A DNA stretch of 64,000 bases from Octopus vulgaris (Eukaryota), in assembly GCA_951406725.2 (NCBI GenBank), contig OX597816.1, forward strand, positions 140,988,001-141,052,000. The letters are read 5' to 3'. Made by a program: the position numbers and the translations under genes. Of the stretch, positions 1 to 14,664 are shown piece by piece (within the stretch, counting starts at the first letter, position 1; each line of letters begins with the position of its first letter). Under the pieces are notes generated by a model. It was not told where the DNA came from, did no database searches, and saw nothing but the letters and a program-made list of their open reading frames with translations.

Positions 1-382
1 CAATAAGTCTGGCACCCATCGACTGTACATTCCTAAAAGAAAAGGTAAGAGACTATTGAGAGTGAGGGAGTAATACAAGAAGGTAATTATCAATATTGCC
101 TAAAAGCTTTCCAGCTCACATGAAGGCCTGATACAAACCCTTGTTAGCTACAGACCTGACAGAAAAAATCAAATCGACTATATCGGCACCAATAAAATTG
201 TCGCAAAAAATTGGATTAGACCTCGAATAGCTGAAGTCTAAAACCTAAAGCAGCAGTAAAAACGGACATACTGATGACACATAGGTTAACAGTGGTGAAC
301 AAGCATATAGACCTGCCTTTATATGACCAACACTCAAGCGAACTGGATGACCCATATAGAAATTCAAAAAATAGATAAATAA

Positions 383-429
<47 letters not shown>

Positions 430-699
430 AACAGGCTATCTCTGGCCTGAATGAATAAATCCAGTCTGAATGAAGCAACAAAAGCAATGACATTCTCAAG
501 ATAAACGTAAAAGCGTATTCTTTCCACTCACAAAGGAAACAAGACGGGCACTGAAATATTCCAAAATTTTCTTAACGGCAAAATATCCGAAAATAATTTT
601 TTTTCTCTTTAATGCAGACATGGTAAATCGGAGAGCAAAACAGAGCAAAATGGATTACTAGTATCTGAGCGACCCTTAAATGAAAATGGATTTCCAATT

Positions 700-2897
700 A
701 GGGTCTAGTAAATTGGAAAGGAGAGGATTATTAGAAACTACAGAGCAGAGGTTTTTTGGCCAGGCGAGAGCAATTCCAAAGAATGGATGGTTGTCTGAGC
801 TTGAGCTTGAAGCCACCAAGAGACATATTAATGAAAGGGTAGAGCATGATGCAGGCGAGGAAGATGAGGTGCAGAAGGAAGCAGAAATAGAGAAGCTGGA
901 TGATACTGTTTAAAATAACAGACCAAAAATGGTAGCAAAAGGAAATTATAATGACATTAAAGTATTCTTTTTTATCAACAAAATATAGTTACAGGTGGAG
1001 TGCTAACTGAGGTTGATGAAATAGTAATTAATAGGGTATATAGCATGTGTGATTTGAAAACGAATGATCAGGGGAAATTAGATGAAAAAAACAACGAAAG
1101 ATAATAAAACTTTGAAGCATTGAAGAATATACAACATAACAGAAACCGATAGGCTTATCAAGGCAACTGGAAAAGATACTGCGAAAAACCTGAGACTAAA
1201 AGTCAATGAAAGAACAAATAGTGGGAAATAACAAACAAAGACCCATGATGGAAAAGAAGAATATTGATGGGTGCCATAACAGGACGTTGAATGTTTGAAC
1301 ATTCAATTGCAATTGCAGAGAATGACAAGAGGTTTTTAGAGAAAAGGCATGGAAAGTTGGAAGACTGAACTCATATCACAAGGAACGTACCTAAGAACAT
1401 TAAGAATCAAGAGAGAAATTTTTCAAGTATACTATTTCCTTTATTCTTTGTCTTATGCATTACTCTTTTTATACTGCAGCTGAGAAAAATTGCAGGAAAA
1501 CCGCAAAGGACCATCTATATATTACTCGTGGGTGATTTCAAGCTGCATGGTAAGGACGAAGCTCAAATCAGTTCTTTAATGAATTCAGTTCTCGCATCAG
1601 CAAGAAAATCAAAATGGAATTTGGTTTTAAAAAATGTAAAAAAAAAAAGGAAAGTTAACAGACTGACAGACTTGAAGGTATAGAATTACCATCAAAAGAA
1701 ATCATGAAAAGGATTGACGATACTGGGTATAAATATTTGGGTATGTTGGCAGTGAATGAAGAGAAGGAAAAAGAAATAAAGAAATGCTTTACGCAAGATT
1801 ATCTCGAAGATCTAAACTGGTGCTGCAGTCAAAACTGAACAAAAGAAATAAGTTTCACGCAATCAATACATGAACGGTTGCATTATTGAGATATAGTGCA
1901 GGTTTTATCAACTGGAGAAAAGACGAATTACTAAAGCTACACTAAAAATCGAGTAAACCGTTCATAATGTAAAGAGCATTCCACCTAAAGATCGATATTG
2001 ACACGCTGTATCTAACCAAACACAAACGGTGGTCGAGTTGCATATGCTTATGATAAAATAACTTGGACTGGTATATTAAGGATGTCATAGAACCCTTGCT
2101 GCTGCAGGCGAGAATACCTGGTAAGGATAGATACTTGTATGACGATAGAGTACAAGGAAAGAAAAAATCGAAAAGACGTAAAAATGGATTGGTTAAAAGA
2201 TGTGCGGGCTGTCTGCGAAAGAGGCGAGAGAAATACAGACGCCGATAGAAGGTGGCATTGATTAAGGATGAGTGACTTAAAGCCAGAAACTGAAGCATCT
2301 ATCTGTTCTACGCAGGAACAAGCACTTAGGTCAAATCATATCAAATGCAGATCTGACAACACAGCTGAAAGTGCAGGTCGTGCGGTGATAAAGGTGAGAC
2401 TACAGGGAATATTATGAAAGAGTGCGTGAAGCTGGCCCAAAAAGAATACAAAAGACACGATAATGTTGTATGAATAATTCTTGGGAGCTGTGTGGCAAAT
2501 ATAGACTGAACTGAGCAAAGATGTTGTATAGGCAACTGAGCAAAGATGTTGTATAGGAGGAATAATTGGGAATGACAAGGTAGCAGGAATGTGTGGGATG
2601 TAATGATGATTCAATGCGCTCGTAAAACTGAACAGCGAAAGCCGGACATAGTGGTTGTGTATAAAGAGGAAAGCCTTGCTTAATATTAATAGATATTTCA
2701 TGCCATGGTGATGACAGAATATCGGAAAAGGGGTCAGGTATGATGATTTGAAATGGGAGATAAAAAGACTAGTCACTGAACATGTACAAAAAAAAAAAAA
2801 AATTGAAAAGACTGGGGTAAATGTGAAGACAGAACATCTACAGAAAACTGTGTTACTTGGAACTACACGAATCGTCTGCAGAATTCTCGAAATCTGA
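700..2897 (+). mobile_element. Decayed R4/Dong-type non-LTR retrotransposon (RT, zinc knuckle, restriction-like endonuclease)
   Basis: Frameshifted motifs in the expected order: [27 protein letters not shown] (RT GIFQGD region), MEFGFKKC, YKYLG, NKFHAINT..LRYSAG, LKPETEAS..QEQALR, CRSCGDKGET, RHDNVV, RKPDIVVV, LQKTVLLGTTRIVCRILEI*. Confidence 0.85.
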
Positions 2898-2976
2898 ATG
2901 AAGAGAGTTGCCTCAGTTCACTAGTCGGGGATAACTGACAGTTACATTTTCCCTGATGATGATTATGATGATGATG

Positions 2977-3340
2977 ATCCTTTCTACTATAGGCACAGGG
3001 CCTGAAATCTTGAGGAAGTGAGCTAGTCGATTACATCAACCCCAGTACTTGACTGGTAATTATTTCAACAAAATCGAAAGGAGGAAAGGCAAAGTCGATC
3101 TCAGCGGATTTCGAACTTACAACGTAAAAACGGACGAAATGCTGAGCAACATGCCATCCGGCGTACTAACGATTCTGTGATCAGTCGATATAAACGAACC
3201 CAGTGACGGTATTTATCCTCCCGGAGAGGAAAGAATGAAAGAGAAAGTTGATCTCGGCGAGATTTGAGCTCAGAATATAAAGAACCGGAGAAAATATCGC
3301 AAGGTATTTTTGTCCGATATCTAACGATTCTTCCAGTCTA
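2977..3340 (-). mobile_element. Two adjacent tRNA-derived SINE copies (family B, GGCGAGCTGGCAGAATCGTTAGC head)
   Basis: Reverse complement matches the copies at 23855, 25818, 29779 and 32215 (box B-like GTTCAAA; body GCCTTTCATCCTTT..GATAAAATAAGTACC). Confidence 0.75.
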
Positions 3341-3779
3341 CAAAAGAAAACTAAAAATTAACAAACAGCGGGAGATCTAATCGAGTAAAAGAGTAAAATT
3401 AACAATACGATAAAGTAGGTAAGGTATGAGCCATCAGGTGAGCTGCACTACTAAAAAACATTGAAGACAATTTTTCGTTGGACTTGTCATTCAGAAGGTT
3501 CTGCAAACTGCAGGTTGCCCATGAGTGAAGATATTATCAAACAGTTGACATTATGTAGAACAGCAGAATGACAAGGATCCCCTAACTGAAAGGGGGAGCC
3601 AGCCACATGGAGTGATTATGAGGGCAGACCCACAACACGTTTCAGATTACCCAGAAACACAGAAGTAAAGTACCCTCTCCTAGATCTTTCTAGCAGCCTG
3701 CATACATATAGTCAGACTATACCTCAGAAAATTTAATGACGAGCAGCTTCCTCCTCTCTTACTTTTCTCTTTAAATTGT

Positions 3780-4300
3780 ATTAATCCTTGTAAAAGTTGA
3801 TGAGGGTTTGGTGTAGAGGAAAAACTGTCTCCAAACCATACAACAGCATCCACTACACAGCTTCCTTCACCATAACTTCCTGGCAGAACTAAGAAAAACT
3901 ACCCGCTCTTCCTTGTCAAAAGAAGGCAGACCCACCCTGAACGTGGTAACAGCTATTAGATATAAACCTACATTCCAGTAATGCACATACACTGAACGAG
4001 TATGTACCGGGCGATTTCGTCATCCTATTCGACTCTCAGACAAGTTTGGTAGCTAGCAGCTCCAAAACAATTATACCTATAGAGTTTATCTCAAACAGGC
4101 AAAGCATCCAATTCTCTTAATACAATAAATCCATTATCGCCGTCGCAATAACCAATTAATAAAATAACAAACACAACAACTCTTCTGTATATCCGACATT
4201 CGACACAATAACACGTCAGCCTCCCCAACTCATACAACTCATGTTGTACTCAACTGCCTCCAGATATTATAATACAATAGACACAGCGCACAGACAAAGC
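3780..4300 (+). mobile_element. Possible highly decayed Penelope-like RT thumb remnant
   Basis: Weak motifs NSIH..SFT and RYKPTF resemble PLE NSxHxxxxFT and YRKPT; many stops. Confidence 0.3.
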
Positions 4301-4329
4301 ACTGAAGTAACCCCAGAAACAACAAAAAA

Positions 4330-4602
4330 ACGCCGCTAAGCATTTTCTCCGCCGTGCTAACGATTCTGCCAGCTCGCTACCTTGAGAAGGTTTCAAATTT
4401 TGGGATAAGGCCAACAAGTTCGGTGGGGAGAGGCAAGTCGATTATATCGACCCCAGTGCTCAATTGGTACTTATTTTATCGAACTCGAAAGGATGAAATG
4501 CAAAGACCGCGTCGGTGGAGTTCGAACTCAAAACGTAAAGACGGACAAAGTACCGCTAAGCATTTCGTCCACCGTGCTAACGACTCTGCCAGCTTGCCGT
4601 CT
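4330..4602 (-). mobile_element. SINE family B copy plus a partial second head
   Basis: Same consensus as the other family B copies. Confidence 0.8.
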
Positions 4603-6027
4603 TAAGAAGCTGAAATATTACTATCACCTTGAAGCACTTCAGTACATCATTATGCTTGAAAAGACTGAAAATGAATTCTTTGACCAGTGTTTGTGAGTAA
4701 AAATATATTTGCTGGCTAAAGGCCAGTTGTATCTTTGTTAGATAGCATTTATTTGCGTCAAAAGGTATCGATTTCTTTTAAATAATTTAACAGCAGATAA
4801 TGTAAAATGTCACATCAGATATTGTAGAATATTATAATGTAAAAATACCGTATTGTTAGAAACATAACAAGCAATAATTAATAGAGTGAAGAATGGAATA
4901 AATGGAGAAAATAAGATTAACATAATTAATTTATAAAAGATTTCGAAAAGAAGTCGCAGAAACGACTCGACAAAGCGAAATTAGTCTCTAATTCGATAAT
5001 ATTTCTTTATTGATGTATAAACCAAGTCTCAAACCGATTTTTTTTCATTTACTTTCCATATAGTTTATAAGAATGTTCTCCGAAAAGAATTGTCCATTTA
5101 ATGGTAACATATTTAATGCATGGCACATTAAAAAGCTAACTAGAAATAATTAAATAACAAAGAAAAATATTAATCGATGTCTATTAAAGTTTTAATTTTT
5201 CGGCAAGTATGGGAGATAATTTTAGAAGGTTTTTGTCTTATTATGTCCTTATCATCGAAGTTAAGCATCCACCGTATTGCCGAATGAGACAATCTCTACT
5301 TAGTGAGTAAGCATTTACATCAGGTTGTATATTAGTTGGTGTAAGAAAACAGATTTCTGTAGAGTTTAAATTCAGAGACACTATCCGTTTGAAAACAATA
5401 GTCATGCTAATTCAATACTAGGAGCATAAATAAATAATTAGAAATTCAAATGACACTCAAATAACGGGCATTCTGGCAGGAATTCATTGAAGGGATTCAT
5501 CTTCTGATTGTCTCTTGACCAATCTGACAGCATGGATTTCTGTAAATTTCGTGGAGAGATGACTGGTGAATGACCAGAGAAAGTACAAGCGAAACGTGAA
5601 GAGCAGACAGTATGAGAAGCGTATAGACGTTAAGAGATATGAGCAGGGTGACATCATTGAAGAACTATTCGGTGTTTAGTGTTATCAGTCCGAGGACAGC
5701 TATTTAAGCGAGCAGAATTTGAAGCTGCCTGAACTATAATTGACTTGAGAATGTAAATAACTTTCTACTTTGATCTTATCTTAACCAAGAGACCAAGAAA
5801 TGACAAATAAAACAAACAAACAATAATGAGAATAAAACGAACAAAATTAAAGCCAAAAGACAATAAATAAAAAAGCATAGAATTTTTTTTAATCATTAAA
5901 CTACCGATATCTATAAGAAAAAAAGTCCTATTAACATTTCAAGTCCTTCAAATATATACATGGTTAAATAAACAAACGAACGAACGAGCAAATTAATGAA
6001 TGACTACAGTGAATGAATAACTGAATG

Positions 6028-6073
<46 letters not shown>

Positions 6074-6428
6074 TGAGTGTGTGTATGTGTGTGTGAGAGA
6101 GAGAGAAAGAGAGATCAGCTGATTGCGTAGAGTTAACAGTTGCTGTTAAAACAATTTTAGTAATAAAGTTTTACTATTTCCTCACCTCTGTATGCATTTG
6201 ATTTACTCCACCAAAAAATACAAATTGATATAAGGATCTACTGCCAATAGAACAGTTGATTTAATGGGATTTACATTTTAAAACAAAATTTCAATATAGA
6301 AGTTTGAAGAAGTCGCATAAATTAGGCATACAGAAAGAAAAGCGCGCGCGCACACACACACACACACAGATACGCATATAGACACATCTACTCATCCACG
6401 CATTCATTCAGCTTTCCATCCGTCCATC

Positions 6429-6582
6429 CACTAGCATAGCTAGAGTATGTGCCGCCCGGGGCGCGGCCCTTCTGTTTACCGCCCCCGGACCCCACAAAAA
6501 ACACATATTGCCTACAACAGACCCCAAAGTGGTGCCCCTTTAAAAGTGCCGTCCCTACTGCCTCCACCTAGCTACGCTAGTG
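6429..6582. mobile_element. hAT-type MITE with 8-bp TSD
   Basis: TIRs CACTAGCATAGCTAG / CTAGCTACGCTAGTG; identical CGTCCATC at 6421-6428 and 6583-6590. Confidence 0.8.
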
Positions 6583-6596
6583 CGTCCATCCTATCC

Positions 6597-8053
<1,457 letters not shown>

Positions 8054-8059
8054 ATGATA

Positions 8060-8260
8060 ATTTCAAATTTTTGCCACAAGGGCAGCTTGAGAGAGGGGAT
8101 TAAGTTGATTACATCGATTCCATCGCATAATTGGTACACCGAAAGGATGAAAGGCGAAGTCGAAGTCGACCTCGGCGGAATTTGAACTCAGAACGTAGCG
8201 ACGGGCGAAATACTGCTAAGCATTTCGCCCGGTGTGCTAACAATTCTGCAAGCTCACCAC
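8060..8260 (-). mobile_element. SINE family B
   Basis: Matches the family consensus. Confidence 0.8.
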
Positions 8261-8300
8261 CTAAATAATATTAATATTAATAATAATAATGATAATAATG

Positions 8301-8352
<52 letters not shown>

Positions 8353-8519
8353 AATATATGAAAGTAATATATATAATATATATACATATATATTACTAAT
8401 AATAGTACAATATTAATAATAATACAATATATGAAAGTAATATATATATATATGTATAATATATATATATACATATATATATAAATGTGTGTTTATGAAT
8501 ATGAATGTATGTGTTTGTG

Positions 8520-8568
<49 letters not shown>

Positions 8569-8643
8569 ATGTACATGTATACACACATATACTTACGTAC
8601 ATATATATTATATGTGTGTGTATGTATATGTGTATGTATGTAC

Positions 8644-8685
<42 letters not shown>

Positions 8686-8993
8686 CTTGGGAAGATACTT
8701 CTTTTCAAATTAAATCGTATGTTTAAAAAAATCATTGTTGTACAATTTCTCCACCATCGACTTCTTCAAAAAATCATCAACATTACTATTATCATTATCA
8801 ACAACAACATCAATAATACAACGAATATGCTTCTGCCGCTATTCCACCATCCACCTACCCCTCGCTAAAAATTAAATAAATAAAGAAAAGAAAATAATAT
8901 GATCAAGAATTATTTTTGATTTTTTTGTTTGTTTGGTTTTTTTTTTGGGTTTTTTTTTTTTTTTTCACATAAGAAGTGTCTTGATTTGCTTAC

Positions 8994-9136
8994 CTAGTCA
9001 TAAGAAACCAGCGTAGAATAGACTTTGCCATATCAAGGTAGATAGATAAACGTGTTGAGAAATAGTTTGTCGGAATCAATTATTTAAGTTGTCTTCGACA
9101 GTGTGAAAGGAAGTGTCACTAAGTAAAGGAATGGTT
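8994..9136 (-). CDS. Candidate host exon with start codon (5'UTR + MAKSILRWFLMT.., phase-2 donor)
   Basis: Long polypyrimidine tract then AG at 9138-9137; ATG at 9031 in GATATGG context with an upstream in-frame stop; donor AG|GTAAGC at 8993; non-repetitive sequence. No homology recognised. Confidence 0.3.
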
Positions 9137-10824
9137 CTTCAGTAAAACGAAGTAGGTATGGGAGGAAGGAAAAAAAAAAAAAGGAAAAGAAAAAGAAAAT
9201 TAGAATGAAAGTATTTTTTACAGGATTGATCGCAGTCTGTCGCTTGCTTACATTTTTTCTCTCTTCTTTTTCGCTTGTATGGTTGGTTTAGTTTATATAC
9301 GTTAAAGAATCCTGTTTTGTTGGTGTTTTGGGGGAAGAAATAAAACAAAATAAAATATATATGACTGAAAATTACCAATTATTTGGGTTTCTTTTTATAT
9401 TTTTCTTTTTTTTTTTTGCTTTGTTAATATATTTTTCTGTTTAATTTTTTTTTTTTTGTGACATCAATTTTCTTTTCTCTATTTTTTTCTTAAAATTCTA
9501 AAGTAGCAACAATACGATAAGAGGCGAACATAACTACACATTAACACACAAACACACACATATATACTTAAATGCAGATGTACACACACACATATACACA
9601 CATTCACAACCGCAATCACGTAAACACATATACAGACGCGCGCGACCCACTCAGACAAACTATCACATAAATACTCGTACACGCATACATACCTACATAC
9701 ATACATACATACATACATACATACATACATACAATTTAAGAACACTCGTACACAAATTAGTGAATAAATCTCTGAAACACACAGATATTCTCATATAATT
9801 ACGCACTCATACACTAGACATGGAGTGACCGAAAAAGTGAATGAGTGAGTGTGTTAGAAGTCACCAAAAAACACACATACATACACATACACGCTCACAT
9901 ACATGCACATAGGCACACACACATATATGCACACATGTTTATTCACAACCATCTTTCAGAGACTTTCATACATGCTTACTCACTCACACATCACTTAGAG
10001 ACACATTAGTATTTTGAAAAAGACACGAAGTGTAAAGTGAATGACTGGCTGGCTGGGTGATCTCTTTCTCACACGCGAACATACTCATAGTCTTTACTAC
10101 ACTTATGCCAACATAATCGCCTACATACACACTTATAGTCACACACATTCTCACACCAAACTTACACTTTTTAAGTCTCTCTCTCTCTCTCGCTTTCTCT
10201 TTTTTTCCCTCTTCTCTTTCTCTCCCTTGCCTTTTACCTCTTCTCTTTCTCCTTCTCTTCTCTCTCTCTACTCCCATCTCATTCCCTTTTCTATTCTTTC
10301 TCAGTGTCTTCCTCGTCTCCCCGCTCTCTCACTTTTCCCCCCTCACTCTTTTCATCCTCTCTCTCTCCCCGCTTTCTAACATACAGACGCACACTTCGCT
10401 CCTCGCCCTCTCCACCACCGTTTCTCACATACATGCACTAACACAAACATTCTAACATTCACGCACACACAAATACATGGCCACTTTCTTCCTCTCTCTC
10501 TCTCTCTCTCTCTCTTCTCTTCACATACACACACACATACACGAACACCTTCACACACTTATATTACATACTGTAAAATAACACATTGATATACACACGA
10601 ACGTACATGCATTCAGACCTATTCTCTCTCTCATTCTCTCTCTCTCTTTCTCTCCCCCCCACACACACATATACCCACACACACGCATTGACTAATTACT
10701 TACAAACTCCACCCTTTTTCCGGCAGGTGGAAGCTGAGAAAATAACCATAACTTGAAACAGAATTTTAGAATTCCCCCTCTTTATTTGTCACTCATAAAT
10801 ATATACGCTTGTTTGTTGATAAAC

Positions 10825-10920
<96 letters not shown>

Positions 10921-11047
10921 TACATACATACATACATACATACATACATACATACATACATACATACATACATACATACATACATACGTACACACTCATA
11001 CAAACAGTTTTTAGGAATATATGCATTTAGAAGCATACATATAAATA

Positions 11048-11330
11048 AAGCGGCAAGTCGGCAGAATAGTTAGTATGCTGGACAAAGAGGTTTAACGGTA
11101 GTTCTTCCGTCTTCAAGCTCTAGGTTCAAATTCCGCCGAGGTTGACTTCGCCTTTCATCCTTTAAAAGCGTGGACGTGGCTGTGTGGTAAGAAGATTGCT
11201 TCCCAAACACATGGTTCCGGGTTCAATCCCACTGCGTGGCACCTTGGGCAAGTGTCTTCTACAATAGCCATGCGCAGACTTAAAGCTTCTGAGTAGATTT
11301 GTTATACGGAAACTGAAAGAAGCCCGTTGT
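11048..11330 (+). mobile_element. SINE family B head followed by SINE family A 5' half
   Basis: GGCAAGTCGGCAGAATAG.. then GTGGCTGTGTGGTAAG..GGTTCAATCCC..GCACCTTGGGCAAGTG. Confidence 0.8.
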
Positions 11331-11346
11331 ATGTATGTATATATTT

Positions 11347-11807
11347 ACTCGTTTTTTTTACTTGTGTCAGTCATTTGACAGTGGCTATGCTGGAACACCA
11401 CCTTTAGTCGAGCAAATCGACCCCAGGACTTATTCTTTGTAAGCCTAGTACTTATTCTATTGGTCTCTTTTGCCGAACAGCTAAGTTACGGGGACGTAAA
11501 CACACAAGCATCGGTTGTCAAGTGATGTTGGGGGGACAAACACAGACACAGACACACACACACACATATATATATGAAAGAAGCCCGTCGTATATATGTA
11601 TATGCATATATATATATATATATATATATATGCATATACACATATACGACGGACTTCTTTCAGTTTCTGTCAACCAAATCCACTCACAAGGCTTTGGTCG
11701 GCCCAAGGCTATAGTAGAAGACACTTGCCCAAAGTGCCACGTAGTGGGACTGAACCCGGAACCATTTGGTTGGTTAGCAAGCTACTTATCACACAGCCAC
11801 TCCTGCG
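11347..11807 (-). mobile_element. Full SINE family A (tRNA head, CORE-like box, internal microsatellite, LINE-like tail; resembles octopus OK family)
   Basis: Matches copies at 13190, 19790, 22848, 36727, 56172 and 58400; the family name is from memory only. Confidence 0.85.
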
Positions 11808-11876
<69 letters not shown>

Positions 11877-11890
11877 TATATTATATTATA

Positions 11891-11936
<46 letters not shown>

Positions 11937-11937
11937 T

Positions 11938-11985
11938 GATTCCAGTTTCAGCTCATGAGCTGTGGCCATGCTGGGGCACCGCCAT
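11938..11985 (-). mobile_element. Extreme 3' tail of the CR1/L2-type LINE
   Basis: Near-identical reverse complement of 49747-49791. Confidence 0.75.
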
Positions 11986-11996
11986 ATTATATTATA

Positions 11997-13105
11997 CTAA
12001 CATTATGACCCGGCAACGCCGGGTCATAGTGCTAGTGCATGTATATATGTGTATATAAATGTGTACATCTATATATATACATCTACACATAAAATACAAA
12101 ATACAAAGTTATATCTTGATATCGCTAGTGATAACAATACTCAAAATATATAACAGACTGGAATTGTAGGCCCGTCTCTTGCAATTTCGATCAATTGTAT
12201 CTTGTTCTCCCACTTGTATAGAAGTGTGGCTACAATCCAGCCTACCTCGACTTCTAGGGGGACATTTTTAATTTTTATCCGAGACGTTCTACGTCCCAGA
12301 TATAAAGGTAAAAATAAAATATTTCCACTTTGCAAGGCTCGAGTCGAGTACTCCCTTGCACGCTCCGTTGACTCGAACCTTGCTTCTATTGTGGCGAATT
12401 TACCGCCTCTGGTTAGATATCTTTCATAGTCGCACCAAGACACTTTCCGAAGGTGCTTTCCTCCAGGTGTTCAAATCTATTTTCTCTACATTGTATACTT
12501 TATAGACAATAGTCTTTTCTTTAATTTAATTCTTTATTATCCATCTGGACTATTCCATTTCTGCACACTAATTTTATTTTTAAATTTATTCCCATTCATG
12601 TGAAACCACTTATTTAAGTTCAAATCATTGATGCAATTTTATACCAATTGCTATTTTTACTTTTGTTATGTTACGATTATATTATACTTTAGTTTGATTT
12701 TAATTATTACTTACTACATATAAAGCAATTGTTATTATTATGTTTTTGTTAAAGTGAAAGCATCTGACATAAAATAGAGAAATGTTTTTGTTTCACTTTT
12801 AACACGTAATACTGAAATAGTGGAGAAGATATGATATTGCTATGGGCTCGCTCTAGGCAAGAAGTTGAACATTTTTTTTGCCCATGAAACTACATGGACC
12901 CTAAGTAAGGCATGTGTAAAATTTGAATGAAATTGGTTGTGTAGTTCTCAAGTTTTAGGGAATCGTAGTGGAGAAGATATGATATTGCTGTGGGCTCGCC
13001 CTAGGCAAAAAGTTAAAAATTTTTGCCGATGACACTCCCCGGACCCTAAGTAAGGCATGTGTAAAATTTGAATGAAATTGGTTGTGTAGTTCTCAAGTTT
13101 TAGGG

Positions 13106-13137
<32 letters not shown>

Positions 13138-13174
13138 AGACAGACACACATTCTCAGTTTTATATATACAGAGA
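11997..13174 (-). mobile_element. Non-autonomous Helitron carrying a LINE ORF1-like fragment
   Basis: 5' A|TCTCTGTATATATAAAAC at 13174; 3' GC hairpin (CCCGGC..GCCGGG) ending TTAG|T; internal ~146-bp tandem duplication at 12817-13107. Confidence 0.75.
12141..12520 (-). pseudogene. L1/Tx1-like ORF1 (gag-like) fragment
   Basis: FLPLYLGRRTSRIKIKNVPLEVEVGWIV aligns by eye with LMLEYVGLKNTRVTVRDICGDIEPWSIV at 28.7 kb. Confidence 0.5.
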
Positions 13175-13189
13175 TTATATTATATATAT

Positions 13190-13383
13190 ACTCTTTTACT
13201 TGTTTCAGTCATTTGACAGTAGCCATGCTGCAGCACTGTCTTTAGTCGAGCAAATCGACCCCAGGACCTATTCTTTGTAAGCCTAGTACTTATTCTATCG
13301 TTCTCTGTTGCCGAACCGCTAAGTTACGGGGACCTAAACACACCAGCATCGATTGGCAAGCAATGTTGGGGGGACAGACACAT

Positions 13384-13457
<74 letters not shown>

Positions 13458-13633
13458 CATATACATATCTACGACGAGCTTCTTTCAGTTTCCGTCTACC
13501 AAATCCACTCACAGGGCTTTGGTCGGCCTGAGGCTTTAGTAGAAGACATTTGCCCAAAGTGCCACGCAGTGGGACTGAGACGGAACCCTGTGGTTGGTAA
13601 GCAAGCTACTTACCACACAGCCACTCCTGCGCC

Positions 13634-13634
<1 letters not shown>
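13190..13634 (-). mobile_element. SINE family A
   Basis: Full-length consensus match. Confidence 0.85.
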
Positions 13635-13712
<78 letters not shown>

Positions 13713-13760
13713 ATATGTATTATATTATATTATATTATATTATATTATATTATATTATAT

Positions 13761-13806
<46 letters not shown>

Positions 13807-13819
13807 GTTTAAATATTTG

Positions 13820-14055
13820 TTGTGCAAGATTTTTTATGTGAAGTCGTGTGTTGAAACAGATATTGTTATATTTCGGAATGGTCATATTGCCAGTTTAGCC
13901 AATAAAAACACACGCACTATATATTTGGTGTTATTTTGGCCGAAATAAGATTAAGATTAATGTAAAAAATAAATATCACTGAAGCAAAATAACACCAAAT
14001 ATATAGTGCGTGTGTTTTTATTGGCTAAACTGGCAATATGACCATTCCGAAATAT

Positions 14056-14133
<78 letters not shown>

Positions 14134-14595
14134 ATTTCGGAATGGTCATCTTGCCAGTTTAGCCAATAAAAACACACGCACTATATATTTGGGTGTTACT
14201 TTGCTTCAGTGTTATTTATTTTTTACATTAATCTTAATCTTATTTCGGCCAGAGTTCTTTCGTCACACTCCTGTGACCCGCATCAGTGGTCCTTTGCTTT
14301 CTTCTTTCTTATTTGTGTCTCTCCTTACTAACCGTCAGTCATTTTGTATTTCTATTGTATGTGTCTTCATTTGCGCATGCGTATATCTCTATGTGCGTCT
14401 ATGTTTAGTTAGTATGTGTGTGTGGGGGGGATGCCTGTAATATTTGTATCTTCTGTTTATATACGTTCGTGTAATTTGTTTTTGTTTTTGTTTATTCTTA
14501 TTTTATTTTGTTCATGTTTACATCCACTTATTATTAGTAGTATCATTATTATTATTACGTATGCTTGTATGTATGTATGTATAACAACAATACTA

Positions 14596-14664
<69 letters not shown>

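Noticed and set aside
4628-6240. Two short in-frame minus-strand exon candidates (~4628-4664, ~6185-6240)
   Set aside because: Weak splice signals and the joined peptides resemble nothing; expected by chance
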